NCBI GenBank assembly: GCA_032718475.1
Contig: JAUCBJ010007113.1
Span: forward strand, 6,513-70,512
DNA: 64,000 bases
Source: Nemertoderma westbladi
Lineage: Eukaryota > Animalia > Xenacoelomorpha
Direction of reading: 5' to 3'
This document shows, piece by piece, positions 1 to 12,600 of the stretch. A program made the translations under genes and the position numbers. Each line of letters opens with the position of its first letter. The first letter of the stretch is position 1. The notes below the pieces were generated by a model, which ran no database searches, had not been told where the DNA came from, and was given only the letters and a program-made list of their open reading frames with translations.

Positions 1-2028
1 AAGTCCCCTGTTTCGATAGGTAGTGTCTTGTCATATATTTTCCTTGTAGGGCTGACCTCGATGTTTGGTGGCTGCCCAAGCAAGTTGCTGAAGTGATTTT
101 TCCACTTCCCAACACGTTCTTCAGGACTATCGGCTTTGAGGCGCCCCTTTGCACAACTTTTCCAACCAGCTACCTCATTTACAGTTTGCCAGGTAAGTCT
201 TGATTGTTGCTGTATGTGAGCAGTTGTAATTGCTTCAGTTTTATCCTGTATGTACTTTTCCTGGCTGATGTTGTAGGCCAATTTAAGATCGTCCTTAGCT
301 TTCTCAACCATGTTAATGTTTTCAGTTGTTGGTTGTTCGGTTTTAACTTTGTAGGCTATCTTAAGATCTTCTCTCTTACAAGTAACCTCAGCGTTTTGCC
401 ATGGCACATATTGTTTTCGTTTGGGTTTCTGGGGGATATGCCTCTTAGCTGATTCCTTGTGGGCTGTTATTATATTCTGGTATATTGAATTGGTGGATTG
501 GTCTTCATCCATTGACTGAAGTGCTTCAAAGCGGTTTTGAACTTCTAGTGTATAAGCATCCTTTACAGCATTGTCAGTTCTGAGTTTTTCCCAGTCATAT
601 TTGATTTGCTTGCTTGTCCTGGGTTTGCTGCCTCTCAAACTGAGTCTGATCTCTGCAGTCACAATTCTGTGGTCCGAACCAATTAGGTTGAACGAGCTGT
701 ATGCCTCGCAGTTGATCATGCTGTTTCTCCACTTTTTGTTTATGAGGATGTAATCCAGTTGTGCTTTGGTTCCATTAGGGTATTGAAAGGTGCATAGCTT
801 CCCCTTACTCTTTTCGAATGTGTTGTTTGTTGGTATCAATTCACATTCTTCCATTAGGTCTAAAAGTAAGTACCCATTTCTGTTAGAACTGGTGTTATAG
901 GTGTAACCCTTGATGTCTTCTGGGCCAATTTGGGCATTCAGGTCACCAGCAATGACTTTAACATTGTGTTTCGGAATGTCCTTTATAAGTCCAGTCAGTT
1001 CTTCATAAAACTTGACTGCTTGTTCTGGCTCTGAGGCATTGGTTGGCTTGTAGCAACATATAACTGTTGCCTTGGGATTCCCATCAAATGTTGCGATCAT
1101 AACCCTGGAATTTATAGATTCGATGTTGTTTAGGGTCTTAAGTGCAAATGGGCTTAGCAGAATTCCTACTCCACCAATTGATGCATTGGCCGAGTTTCTT
1201 ACTGCTGAGCTTGTTACTAACGTGCATCCATTTCCAATGTCATTGTACTTCATGGCAGTGTCTTCATGACAAATCCGATGTTCTTGGATGCAGATGATGT
1301 CGATGTTATATTCCATTGCCAGAGCGACCATGTCACCCTGTTTGGTATGTGCTTTCAGCGTTCATTGTAGCAATCTTTAGTGTCTTTTTACATTTCAACA
1401 GGTTGGTTCTTCTTTCTTCTCGGTCTTCTGTTCCAGTAGCCAATTTATCGACCCCAGCCTGGTGTACCACTGAGGGACGCGGTCCTTGTTGACCCGGGTG
1501 ACGACCAAGCCGGAGTTTCTCCTGGAGGGTACTCATACTCATATCTTTCAGTTGCGGGAGTAAACCGCTTGTGGTCGCAACTCCTACAAGCGTCTTCGCA
1601 GTAGATCGCCGTTGGTTGATTACCTTCCACCGACCTTGTCAGCATGTCTAGCCGTTGGTTGATTACCTTCCGCCTATCCATGGCCTACAGCCCTGCTGCC
1701 GACTGTAAGGGTCCTTTTGTTACACCCTGAACCAAGTGTGCCTCCTGGGTTAGGTTACCTAACACTAGTAGAGGAGCATCCAGTATAGACAGGGCGGGGC
1801 GTGTATCATCTCTAATGCAGATGCGTATCAAGCCTTTGCCTTCAATAGTGCCCTAGGCGCTATAGCCCTCAATGACTTCTTTAGTTGACGGGGCTGAACC
1901 AACCCACTCTTGATCAACTAAATAATGAATAGGCTATGCTTATCGGGCCTGCCCTACTGGGCTGGCAGCTACAGGTAGTACCACATTACTGCCATAGTGG
2001 TAGCCGGATCTGGGGACCTGACCTGACC
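1..2028 (-). mobile_element. RTE-clade LINE, 5' part (5'UTR + APE endonuclease), runs off window start; frameshifted
   Basis: Reverse complement is near-identical to 56165-58620. ORFs 1333-1542 and 1445-1681 match ORFs 57012 and 56960. An 8-bp deletion relative to that copy (atgaacgctgaaa vs atgaacgcacgcacgctgaaa) frameshifts the endonuclease near 1360. Confidence 0.9.
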
Positions 2029-2369
2029 GGCTTGACTACTTTCCCAAAATCCAAACAAATGCGCGTCCGTCAAGTGGCCCTATCCAATGAAACCAGGGAT
2101 ATTCTAAATGCATTTGACACGTAGAACATTTTGCCTTAGTCACTAGGAGGAGTGCGAATCCATAGAAGTACTGTTGTGTTATAGGTACACACCCCATCCC
2201 CACCCCCCTCAAAATATTAAAATGTTTATTTTATTGCAGTAGCTAGTTTATGCTATTTCTTTCTATGGTCATGTTCGAAAACATGTTAGCAAATTTAAAA
2301 AAATAAAAATTGTTCTAGGAAAAATATTTTGTGTTGTAGAACTTTTAATAAAAGTAATAAAAAAATTAA

Positions 2370-2656
2370 TGTACTATTTTTCATATTGATATGCTGCCAG
2401 TATGCTAAACAAATGTGATCGCGAGACTGAATCAAAGGTCTCCTTGGTCCCACAACCTTTAAGGAACCCATTATGGTTTTCACATAACATACTCTCAACG
2501 TGATCCCTGATACGAATCAATATAATTAATGTAGATAGGACAATATGATAATGCTCTCCATAGCGAAAAATATCAACTGACCCTGTTGGGGCTCGAACCC
2601 GGTACCTAGGTTGTACAACGTTATTCCCGTGCTCTGCCAGAAATAGCAACCATGCC
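2370..2656 (-). mobile_element. tRNA-derived SINE (3' end approximate)
   Basis: Minus strand reads ggcatggttgctatttctggcagagcac...ccgGGTTCGAGCCCcaacaggg. This gives a degenerate A box and a good B box at tRNA spacing, followed by a non-tRNA body. Confidence 0.6.
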
Positions 2657-4204
2657 TCAAAGAATAACTATTATACAGTGTTGTAGAAACCACTGTAACC
2701 CCGTAATGCCTGGCCCAGGCTGTTAATTAACGGTTAATGTGACGGTCAATTCACCGTCACTCACCCCACAACAACTCATTTATTATTATTAATCAATATA
2801 ATTATTTGCATAGCTTTACAGCAATCGAGATCAAAGAGATTCTATCGAAAAATCCGAATAATGCAAGATGCCCTCCTTTGGAAGTAACACATATGCTACT
2901 AGTACCAATAGCACCAACCTATTCTTTATCATTTATTAAGGCTGTTGGACTCTCTTTGTTATGTACAATATCTTTCAGGATTGGATTAATGAGCTACAAA
3001 CACCAGGTATTTTAAAGACCTCAGGGGGTCGCCATCTACTCGATTTGTTCTAACTCACACAACACCGCATGCATGAAGTGTCACTGTGGATCACTTCTGT
3101 ATGAACTATTTCTGGAGACTAGCGCTGTATAGACAGTTATGTCACTTGGGTTAAAACATAAATATTGGAGGGCGCGTGGTAAGTGGTTTAGCTCATGTGG
3201 AATAAAAATAAGAAATGAACCATACGGCAATGGTTCGACAAACGTTGCCTGTTCCGCAAAGGTTTAGGAATCATTTCCGGAACTAACCTCTTCGCTTCAC
3301 TACCTCTTCTTCAAGAAAAAATGCTCGAAAGTAATTCATATATATCATAAATGATGAATTTTTTATTTTTACAGACATTGTAATATAATAATAATTACAT
3401 TATAGAAGTAGTACATTTCATCAAATATTAAACAAACATGTTGGTGTGTGAAAATAAATTATTTATCATATTAAGTTATAAAATTAATTGCTATTAAATT
3501 TCATGACAACAACATTCACGAAATAAACAAATAGTATTGTACCTCAGTTGCTGAAGATTGGTAATAATAAAAGCAACCATGATTACTATGAATAAACAAG
3601 TTGATGGCTATGAATCAATATGTCCCAATGAACCTGTATGAATTGGGATCCTTTTATTAACATGTAATACAAAGGATTTCATTGAGTGAAACACAAAGTG
3701 AAGACAACCTCTGTTTATACAGCGTAGCTCCCAACATAAATCAAACCGAGTGCAGCTCCCCTTCATTGGATCCGATTTGTGGTGGGGAGGGAGGGGGGAG
3801 CGGGTGTTTAAAATGCAACGGAATCGGAATAAATTACCGATTGCTGCCTGACAAATCCCCAGCCTTCAGGGATCTCATCAATCGCGCGTATCAAGAACAG
3901 CGCGGTTAAATGCAATCATTAGACAGGCTAATTGGACAATGCAGATGTGCCCAGTTCGGATGGAAAATAATTAATGGGAGTTACGACACAATGATTAGTT
4001 TCATTTGAAAGTACATGAAATCTAATTTGCAAACCGTCCCGTCATTCACTAATTAATTGTCAATTACTTTTACAAAATATTAACAAATCACAAAAGTAAA
4101 CAAATAATTAACAATAATTCAAAATGACAATATATAAACTTACAATGTCCGGTATCCATATAAACTTACATTGCACAGTACCGGTATTCAATGTGGTTAA
4201 TCTG

Positions 4205-4370
4205 GTCGGGGTCGGAAACCCCCGTCCAGATCACTCCGGGGTCGGAAACCCCCATACGGTTCCTTCCAGGATCGGAAACCCCCATCCAGTTCCTTCTGGG
4301 GTCGGAACCCCTGTCTGGTGGGTCCTTCCGGGGTCAGAAACCCCTTCCGGATCCTTCTGGGGTCAGAAAA
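4205..4370 (+). repeat. About 6 imperfect ~20-30-bp repeats with hairpin core GGGGTCGGAAACCCC at the 5' end of the LINE
   Basis: ggggtcggaaacccc or variants recur at ~4208, 4237, 4268, 4297, 4329 and 4359. Confidence 0.7.
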
Positions 4371-4947
4371 TTCAATTATCCACAAGTACAAACAGGATCG
4401 CTGATTGGGACCCCATCAGTCAACAGCCCTCTCGCAGTAACTGGAACCCCCCAGTCAGAGGCCCTCCTGAAGCTTTGTTATGTCCTGGTTGTTGCACACC
4501 CTATCGATACCAAAGAAGCTTTATGAAACATAAGAAATTATGTAGTAAGTTTCTTTCAAAGGAGATCCTCACATTGTTTCGAGAACTCCCTTTCTTTCAA
4601 GACCAACCTGTCATAAATGAAGTTACAAACAGAATCTCCTTAATATCCTGGAATGTAGAAGGTCTTCATTCAACTATGAATACCTCAATATATGACCCCT
4701 TTGATGGAGCTGATATTCTGTTATTGTGTGAAACATTTTGTTACAACAATGTTTCAATTAAGGATTATACTTGTTATAATGTAGAAGCTGTAAAGCAGTT
4801 ACATGGGAGACCAATCGGTGGCCTCAGAGTTGCAGTTCATTACAGACTGTTCATAACAGAGTGTGTCACACCACCGTTCCTTTGCGAGTGATTCAGCTAC
4901 CACCAGCATTTCATTGCCAGAAATGAATGTTGTTCTGTGTTACTACA

Positions 4948-5530
4948 GTCAGATTCAGATTCAGATAATTATTTTAGTCACAAATACTTCTAAGCCTTAT
5001 TAGGGCTACGAAGGCAGTATACGCAATACATAGTACACGATACTGATAATTAAGGTGAATAAGCATCTATAAACAAACAGCTGTCTTATTCAGACTGACT
5101 TACCTACGGTAGACCGCCTCGCCCAACGTAAAAATAAGGATTTCAATATACAGTAGATATAGCGCAGAAAACATATTAATTGACCTATGCCTACTGTATG
5201 CTATACACAACACATACAGCGCATATACATACAGACAGCACATACACACATACATACAGTATTCAAATATACACACATATACAATAAAGGTATTACACAA
5301 AGCCGGGCTGCTATATATATTACTGAAATCACAAAAAGGTGTAACAAATAAAATTCAATTAACAAAAAGAAATAAAGATCTATGTAATTTCCTCCCTGTT
5401 ATACTTAGTTAATAAGTGTTTGTGTAGTTTAGTTTTGCATGTTTGGAATTTTTTTTATTTTGCGTATTGAAATAGGCAGGGCATTCTATTGTTTTATGAG
5501 GTATGAAATGAGTATGAAATCATTTATGAG
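4948..5530 (-). mobile_element. 5'-truncated LINE 3' end inserted into the endonuclease region of the 4124-7470 element
   Basis: The insert interrupts the APE region. The minus strand ends in aataattatctgaatctgaatctga, a short tandem-repeat tail typical of CR1/L2/RTEX-type 3' ends. Confidence 0.5.
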
Positions 5531-8500
5531 GATTATCCGTTTTTAGTGGTGGGTGATTACAATTGCAGACTAGATGGAGTAGACACTCGATGTAAACTTC
5601 TATGCAATGGTCTTCTGGGTATGGACTTATTCTGCCTATCAGACCCCTCCCAGGCCACATATATCTGCTGAATGGTAGCAGTGTAATAGACCTGATCTTG
5701 GTCAGCCAAGCTATATGAAACACCACCTTAATTATTATTATTCCAAGCTACAATACTAAGCTCCAACGAATCAGTATCAGTCTTGTGAGAAACTCTGTAT
5801 CAACCCTCGATCCAAAACCACGTGCCGTAAGGGACATTGATGCCGAGAAGTTGGCACATGTGATCCACAATAATAATTTTACACAAGCTCTTCACACTGG
5901 AGTGGATGCCTGCAATTTTATCTCCAATGCGATTCACAGATCAGCAAAAGTTCACCCTCAGCGTGCTTCAAAGCCCTGGTTTGATTGCTCTTGATTTATA
6001 CTACATAAAGATCTAAAAACTATGAAGCATAAACTTAACGATAATCCATCCCTGAATGATTTCCTTACCCATAGTAAGCTACAAAAGGAACTTAAAGTGA
6101 CCATATCTGAAAAAAACGACTACATGAAGCTTATCAGGGAAGATGACCAAAAACCTTGGAACCTTCTAAAAGCGAAAAAAGAGTCACCGATTGCTGCCCA
6201 AGTATCACCTGAATGCTGGGTCTCACACTTTGAGAATCTCCTGTCTCGTTCTAAGTGGCCGTGTTACCGCCCATTCCAGAAATCGCGGGGTCTGAACTTG
6301 ATTGTACTATCACCCAAGCAGAAATAACTGAATCAGTTGTAAGTCAGAAGAACAACAAAGCAGCTGGTTTAGATGGCATTACTACTGAATCTTTAAAGGC
6401 CGGTTTTGGACACTTACTGGTTCTTCTCTGGAGCCTCTTCACTGTCTGTTTTCGAACTGCAACTTGCCCTGTTTCATGGCTGATGTCAATAATTTTCCCA
6501 CTTTACAAGGGAAAAGGTGCTAAATCATCCCCTGACTTCTACCGAGGGAATTCCCTTGGTTTCTTGCTTGTTAAAAACTTACACTGCTATACTCTTTAAG
6601 ACTATACAACTGGGCTGAGACCCATAATATTCTCCCGGACGAGCAGTATGGGTTAAGAAAAAGAAGATCTACTCTGATGGCAGTGGGTTCCCTCTATAAA
6701 CGGATCAAATCTGCCCTAGCTTCCAAGGGAGGTCGCTTATATGTAGTAGTAGACTTCACCAAGGCCTTCGATTCGGTCGACAGGGTAAAGCTCTGCTTAA
6801 AACTTTCCGGCCTTGGAGTGAGCTCAATTTTTAGTCTTGTTCTATGGTCCCTCATTGCGGTTAACACGATCCGAATCTGTATGGTAGCCACCTATCCAGC
6901 CCCATCCAACAGATGGTAGGGTTGATACAGGGTGACAAATTATCACCACTTTTATTTAGCCTGCCCGCGGCTCTATGTGGCGTGATCATTGGTATTGTTA
7001 TTCTCCTGTATGCCGATGATCTTGCTATCTCGTGATCCGCTTAGTGATCCGCTCTCATTGGGTAAACTTTCTGGAAAACGCCACCGAATAGCGGCACAAT
7101 ATATCTCGAACGCGTACTACCACAAGGTCTGTGCGAGTTAAAACTGTTGGAGGGGATCCGAGACCCATCTGTCGTTGTCGATTCTGTCTCGACCCCGATC
7201 ATATCACCATTGAGCATGCGGCTCATTGTAAGGCACTGAACGAACTCGTTAATGAGGCTGAACCCCAGGCCAATTACAACCCTCTTCGCCGTGCTTTCTA
7301 CCTGTCGAAATTATAGGTAGTTCTCACGACATTGATTGAACGATCGATTTACTTCGATTCTTTAAATATTAATATTTTTTATTTGAATGTACCGGTATAT
7401 AATATTTTAATATAAATTTTATAATTTTAGTGCTAATTTTTATCACCAAATGTTTTGGTAAATAAAGTCTCCATCATCAATGTGTTTAATGTTTAATTTG
7501 CGTTCCAAATTAATCTGATCATGCATTCCTTATATTCATGAATTCTCATTTCGTTTATAAAAGAAGTCCGAATATTCACTCTTTAAACCCTATTAATACT
7601 GGGCTATAATATGTTGTACAAATACCGTAGGGGGTGGGGCTCATATTGAGCCCCCCCCCCCCCCCCCCCCCCACCCCCCCGCTCCCCTTCTAAAATCTAT
7701 AAATTTCAAAGAAAACATCTGATTTTTTTGTTTGTAGAATTCACTATTCTGAATCAGACCGAAAACAAATGTTATGGAAAAAATGTGTGGTTTTTTTGCA
7801 GCACCAAAATTTAAAGTGGAACAATTTTCAAAAAATATGAAAGTTACAATTATCACCTAATCTTTTTTAATATAGGTTTCTGGGGCGCTGAATCCATTGG
7901 GAGATATTTAAAAATAATCTGGTTAATATAAATTATAGTTTTAGTCCTCTATGTTGGCAAGAAATTAAAAATACAAGTAACCAGAACTTTTCATTTTGAA
8001 AACAAATGACAGCTGGTAGTTAGCTAGTTAGTTCGTAATAGATCTCAGGCTATATTCAATGCAATGATGGCCTTACAGTATTGTAAACTATTATTAACTT
8101 TGTCCATAGTTTATATTGCTCATGCAATGTTCCTGCATACAAGAGTAACGATAATGGATAGACCAGTAGTACACTCCACTCTGAGAAATTATATATTTAT
8201 TCCATATCATCTCCGATGTAGTCGTGACTTGCATAAATGCCACATCTAATTTTTCGATATAATTAGTATGGCGATTGTAAGAATGTGGACAATGGTTGCT
8301 GGAATTTACTGGGTATGCGACTGAAATCAGCATGGGAGTGATAATTGGGAGGCGCTTGGAATAACTAATGGAGGATTGTGTCTACAGGTATTCAGCTTGG
8401 CACGGACATTTAAAGGATATTTACTATGAAGGAAAATTAAGTATAAATAATAAAAAAAATAAATTACAAACAAATAATTTCGAACATCGAATTTGGAATA

Positions 8501-9117
8501 TTGAGGCGAAAATGGGCTTCTACCTACGTACTAATGTCATAACGTTCCACGTACACGAACACGTAAAGTTACATGAACATGAAGTTCGTTAAAATGGAGG
8601 CCTTTTTGGGCAGAACAATGCAATTTCATATTTCGTAACATAGTATTTTTTCCCACCTATTTATCTTCTAGCCAGCGTTATGAAACCAACTGAAAACTTT
8701 CAGTTTGCAATGGACAACTACTAGCCAATTATGGCATATCAAGAAATATCAGGCAGAAAAGATGTCCAAGCTAGCCAAATACAGGTAACAAACTCGCTGC
8801 AAAAAAATAATTAATTTTATATGTATTCTAAACTGACAATGCAATGAATCTAAGGAACCACCACATAGTGACTAACTTTTATGACAATTGACATAGCTGC
8901 CACACAAGCCAAATCTGAATTCTCGCTGGTGATGATAATGCATACCGGTAGTCATAGTGGCATATGGCATGTTATTGAATTAATAAGCAAAATTAACTTT
9001 AACTCTCCAAAACTTTATTATCCTCTCTCTACTACTAGGATCGGCATGCTGCATTGCAGCTGCATTTTTAGGAATGCTGTGCCGGCTTGTCAACAAAATT
9101 GCACCGCCACAACTCCC

Positions 9118-9222
9118 TATCACCCATGACATTTGCTAGATCATCCGCATCTTTAAGGACTGTGTCCTTTAAGATGCGTCTCAAGAAAGTCATGGGCTGT
9201 CCACCATGCTTATTCACTCCAA
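9118..9222 (-). mobile_element. Short RTE-like 3' fragment, related to 20330-20600
   Basis: acccatgacatttgctagatcatccgcatctttaaggactgtgtcctttaagatgcgtctcaagaaagtc closely matches 20364-20465. Confidence 0.65.
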
Positions 9223-9635
9223 TCGCTCCACTATGATTTATCATCTCTCCCCATTAGTATAACAGTGATGAAAATGAGTTGTAGGGCTTGGGTACAATTG
9301 CAAACCTTCAAATTTACTATGAAATCGGATACAACCCCCATCCCGATTCTACTTGAATTCTTTTGAACGCTATATGGTCTCCAATAACTGTCTAGTTTCT
9401 AATTGAATATAATAAATTTCCTTCAACATATTATTTTATTTGTCAGCTATAACGCAAAATAATACCGTACGTGATAGATTATGCAAAGTAAACGAGTTGA
9501 TTATTGTTTGAAGTAGTTCCATTGGGTTATCAATAAAAGTAGGGCGTGGCTCTCCCCTAGAAAGCTAAGAAATTCAGCCAGTTGTAATGATTCATTTAAT
9601 TCTAGTAAGCGGCCAAGCTTTGAAGTGCCTTGTAC

Positions 9636-12600
9636 ATTAACAAGAAAATGGAAAGGGGACGTGCTCCAAGAAAGGTAACTGTTTTTTATTATCACGGAAA
9701 GGGGACGTGCTCCAAGAGAGGTAAATTTTTTTTTTTAACACGGAAAGGGGACGTGCTCCAAGAGAGGTAACTGTTTTTTATTAACACGGAAAGGGGACGT
9801 GCTCCAAGAGAGGTAAGCTGTTTTTTATTAACACGGAAAGGGGACGTGCTCCAAGAGAGGTAACTGTTTTTTATTAACACGGAAAGGGGATGTGATCCAA
9901 GAGAGGTAACTGTTTTTTATATTAACACGGAAAGGGGACGTGCTCCAAGAGAGGTAACTGTTTTTTATTAATACGGAAAGGGGACGTGCTCCTAGAGAGG
10001 TAAGCTGTTTTTTATTAACACGGAAAGGGGACATGCTCCTAGAGAGGTAAGCTGTTTTTTATTAACACGGAAAGGGGACGTGCTCCTAGAGAGGTAAGCT
10101 GTTTTTTATTAACACGGAAAGGGGACGTGCTCCAAGAGAGGTAACTGTTTTTTATTATCACGGAAAGGGGACGTGCTCCAAGAGAGGTAACTGTTTTTTA
10201 TTAACACGGAAAGGGGATGTGATCCAAGAGAGGTAACTGTTTTTTATATTAACACGGAAAGGGGACGTGCTCCAAGAGAGGTAACTGTTTTTTATTAATA
10301 CGGAAAGGGGACGTGCTCCTAGAGAGGTAAGCTGTTTTTTATTAACACGGAAAGGGGACGTGCTCCAAGAGAGGTAAGCTGTTTTTTATTAACACGGAAA
10401 GGGGACGTGCTCCAAGAGAGGTAACTGTTTTTTATTAACACGGAAAGGGGATGTGATCCAAGAGAGGTAACTGTTTTTTATATTAACACGGAAAGGGGAC
10501 GTGCTCCAAGAGAGGTAACTGTTTTTTATTAATACGGAAAGGGGACGTGCTCCTAGAGAGGTAAGCTGTTTTTTATTAACACGGAAAGGGGACATGCTCC
10601 TAGAGAGGTAACTGTTTTTTATTAACACGGAAAGGGGACGTGCTCCTAGAGAGGTAACTGTTTTTTATTATCACGGAAAGGGGACGTGCTCCTAGAGAGG
10701 TAAGCTGTTTTTTTATCAACACGGAAAGGGGACATGCTCCAAGAGAGGTAAGCTGTTTTTTATATTAACACGGAAAGGGGACGTGCTCCAAGAGAGGTAG
10801 CTGTTTTTTATTAACACGGAAAGGGGACGTGCTCCTAGAGAGGTAACTGTTTTTTATTATCACGGAAAGGGGACGTGCTCCTAGAGAGGTAAGCTGTTTT
10901 TTATTAACACGGAAAGGGGACATGCTCCTAGAGAGGTAAGCTGTTTTTTATTAACACGGAAAGGGGATGTGCTCCAAGAGAGGTAACTGTTTTTTATTAA
11001 CACGGAAAGGGGACGTGCTCCTAGAGAGGTAACTGTTTTTTATTATCACGGAAAGGGGACGTGCTCCTAGAGAGGTAAGCTGTTTTTTATTAACACGGAA
11101 AGGGGACATGCTCCTAGAGAGGTAAGCTGTTTTTTATTAACACGGAAAGGGGACATGCTCCTAGAGAGGTAAGCTGTTTTTTATTAACACAGAAAGGGGA
11201 TGTGCTCCAAGAGAGGTAACTGTTTTTTATTAACACGGAAAGGGGACGTGCTCCAAGAGAGGTAACTGTTTTTTATTAACACGGAAAGGGGACGTGCTCC
11301 AAGAGAGGTAACTGTTTTTTATTAATACGGAAAGGGGACGTGCTCCTAGAGAGGTAACTGTTTTTTATTAATACGGAAAGGGGACGTGCTCCTAGAGAGG
11401 TAAGCTGTTTTTTATTAACACGGAAAGGGGACATGCTCCTAGAGAGGTAAGCTGTTTTTTATTAACACGGAAAGGGGACGTGCTCCAAGAGAGGTAACTG
11501 TTTTTTATTAATACGGAAAGGGGACGTGCTCCTAGAGAGGTAAGCTGTTTTTTATTAACACGGAAAGGGGACATGCTCCTAGAGAGGTAAGCTGTTTTTT
11601 ATTAACACGGAAAGGGGACGTGCTCCAAGAGAGGTAACTGTTTTTTATTATCACGGAAAGGGGACGTGCTCCAAGAGAGGTAAGCTGTTTTTTAATAACA
11701 CGGAAAGGGGATGTGCTCCAAGAGAGGTAACTGTTTTTTATTAACACGGAAAGGGGACGTGCTCCAAGAGAGGTAACTGTTTTTTATTAACACGGAAAGG
11801 GGACGTGCTCCAAGAGAGGTAACTGTTTTTTATTAACACGGAAAGGGGACGTGCTCCAAGAGAGGTGAGCTGTTTTTTTATCAACACGGAAAGGGGACGT
11901 GCTCCAAGAGAGGTAACAGTTTTTTATTAACGCGGAAAGGGGACGTGCTCCAAGAGAGGTAACTGTTTTTTATTAACACGGAAAGGGGACGTGCTCCAAG
12001 AGAGGTGAGCTGTTTTTTTATCAACACGGAAAGGGGACGTGCTCCAAGAGAGGTAACTGTTTTTTATTAACACGGAAAGGGGACGTGCTCCAAGAGAGGT
12101 AAGCTGTTTTTTATTAACACAGAAATGGGACGTGCTCCAAGAGAGGTAACTGTTTTTTATTAACACGGAAAGGGGACGTGCTCCAAGAGAGGTGAGCTGT
12201 TTTTTTATCAACACGGAAAGGGGATGTGCTCCAAGAGAGGTGACTGTTTTTTATTAACACGGAAAGGGGACGTGCTCCAAGAGAGGTAAGCTGTTTTTTA
12301 TTAACACAGAAATGGGACGTGCTCCAAGAGAGGTGACTGTTTTTTATTAACACGGAAAGGGGACGTGCTCCAAGAGAGGTAAGCTGTTTTTTATTAACAC
12401 AGAAATGGGACGTGCTCCAAGAGAGGTAACTGTTTTTTATTAACACGGAAAGGGGACGTGCTCCAAGAGAGGTGAGCTGTTTTTTTATCAACACGGAAAG
12501 GGGACGTGCTCCAAGAGAGGTAAGCTGTTTTTTATTAACACGGAAAGGGGACGTGCTCCAAGAGAGGAAAGCTGTTTTTTATTAACACGGAAAGGGGACG

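Larger units (their letters stand above)
4124..7470 (+). mobile_element. Decayed non-LTR retrotransposon (Cys/His motif + APE + RT + C-terminal Cys/His motif), clade uncertain
   Basis: Motifs in order: CPGC..H...C; ISWNVEGL...DILLLCETF...GRPIGG (APE); KAAGLDGI, DEQYGLRKRRST, VVDFTKAFDSVDR, QGDKLSPLLF, LLYADDLA (RT, ~6350-7030); CRFC..EHAAHC; AATAAA near 7461. Many stops and frameshifts. Confidence 0.85.

Noticed and set aside
2570-2656. tRNA gene calls here and at 35615-35685
   Set aside because: A/B boxes are present but the cloverleaf is not convincing and each continues into a SINE-like body, so they are treated as SINE heads.
8064-8333. Signal-peptide-like ORF (+) and overlapping minus ORF
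   Set aside because: Short, with no recognisable motif and weak splice signals.
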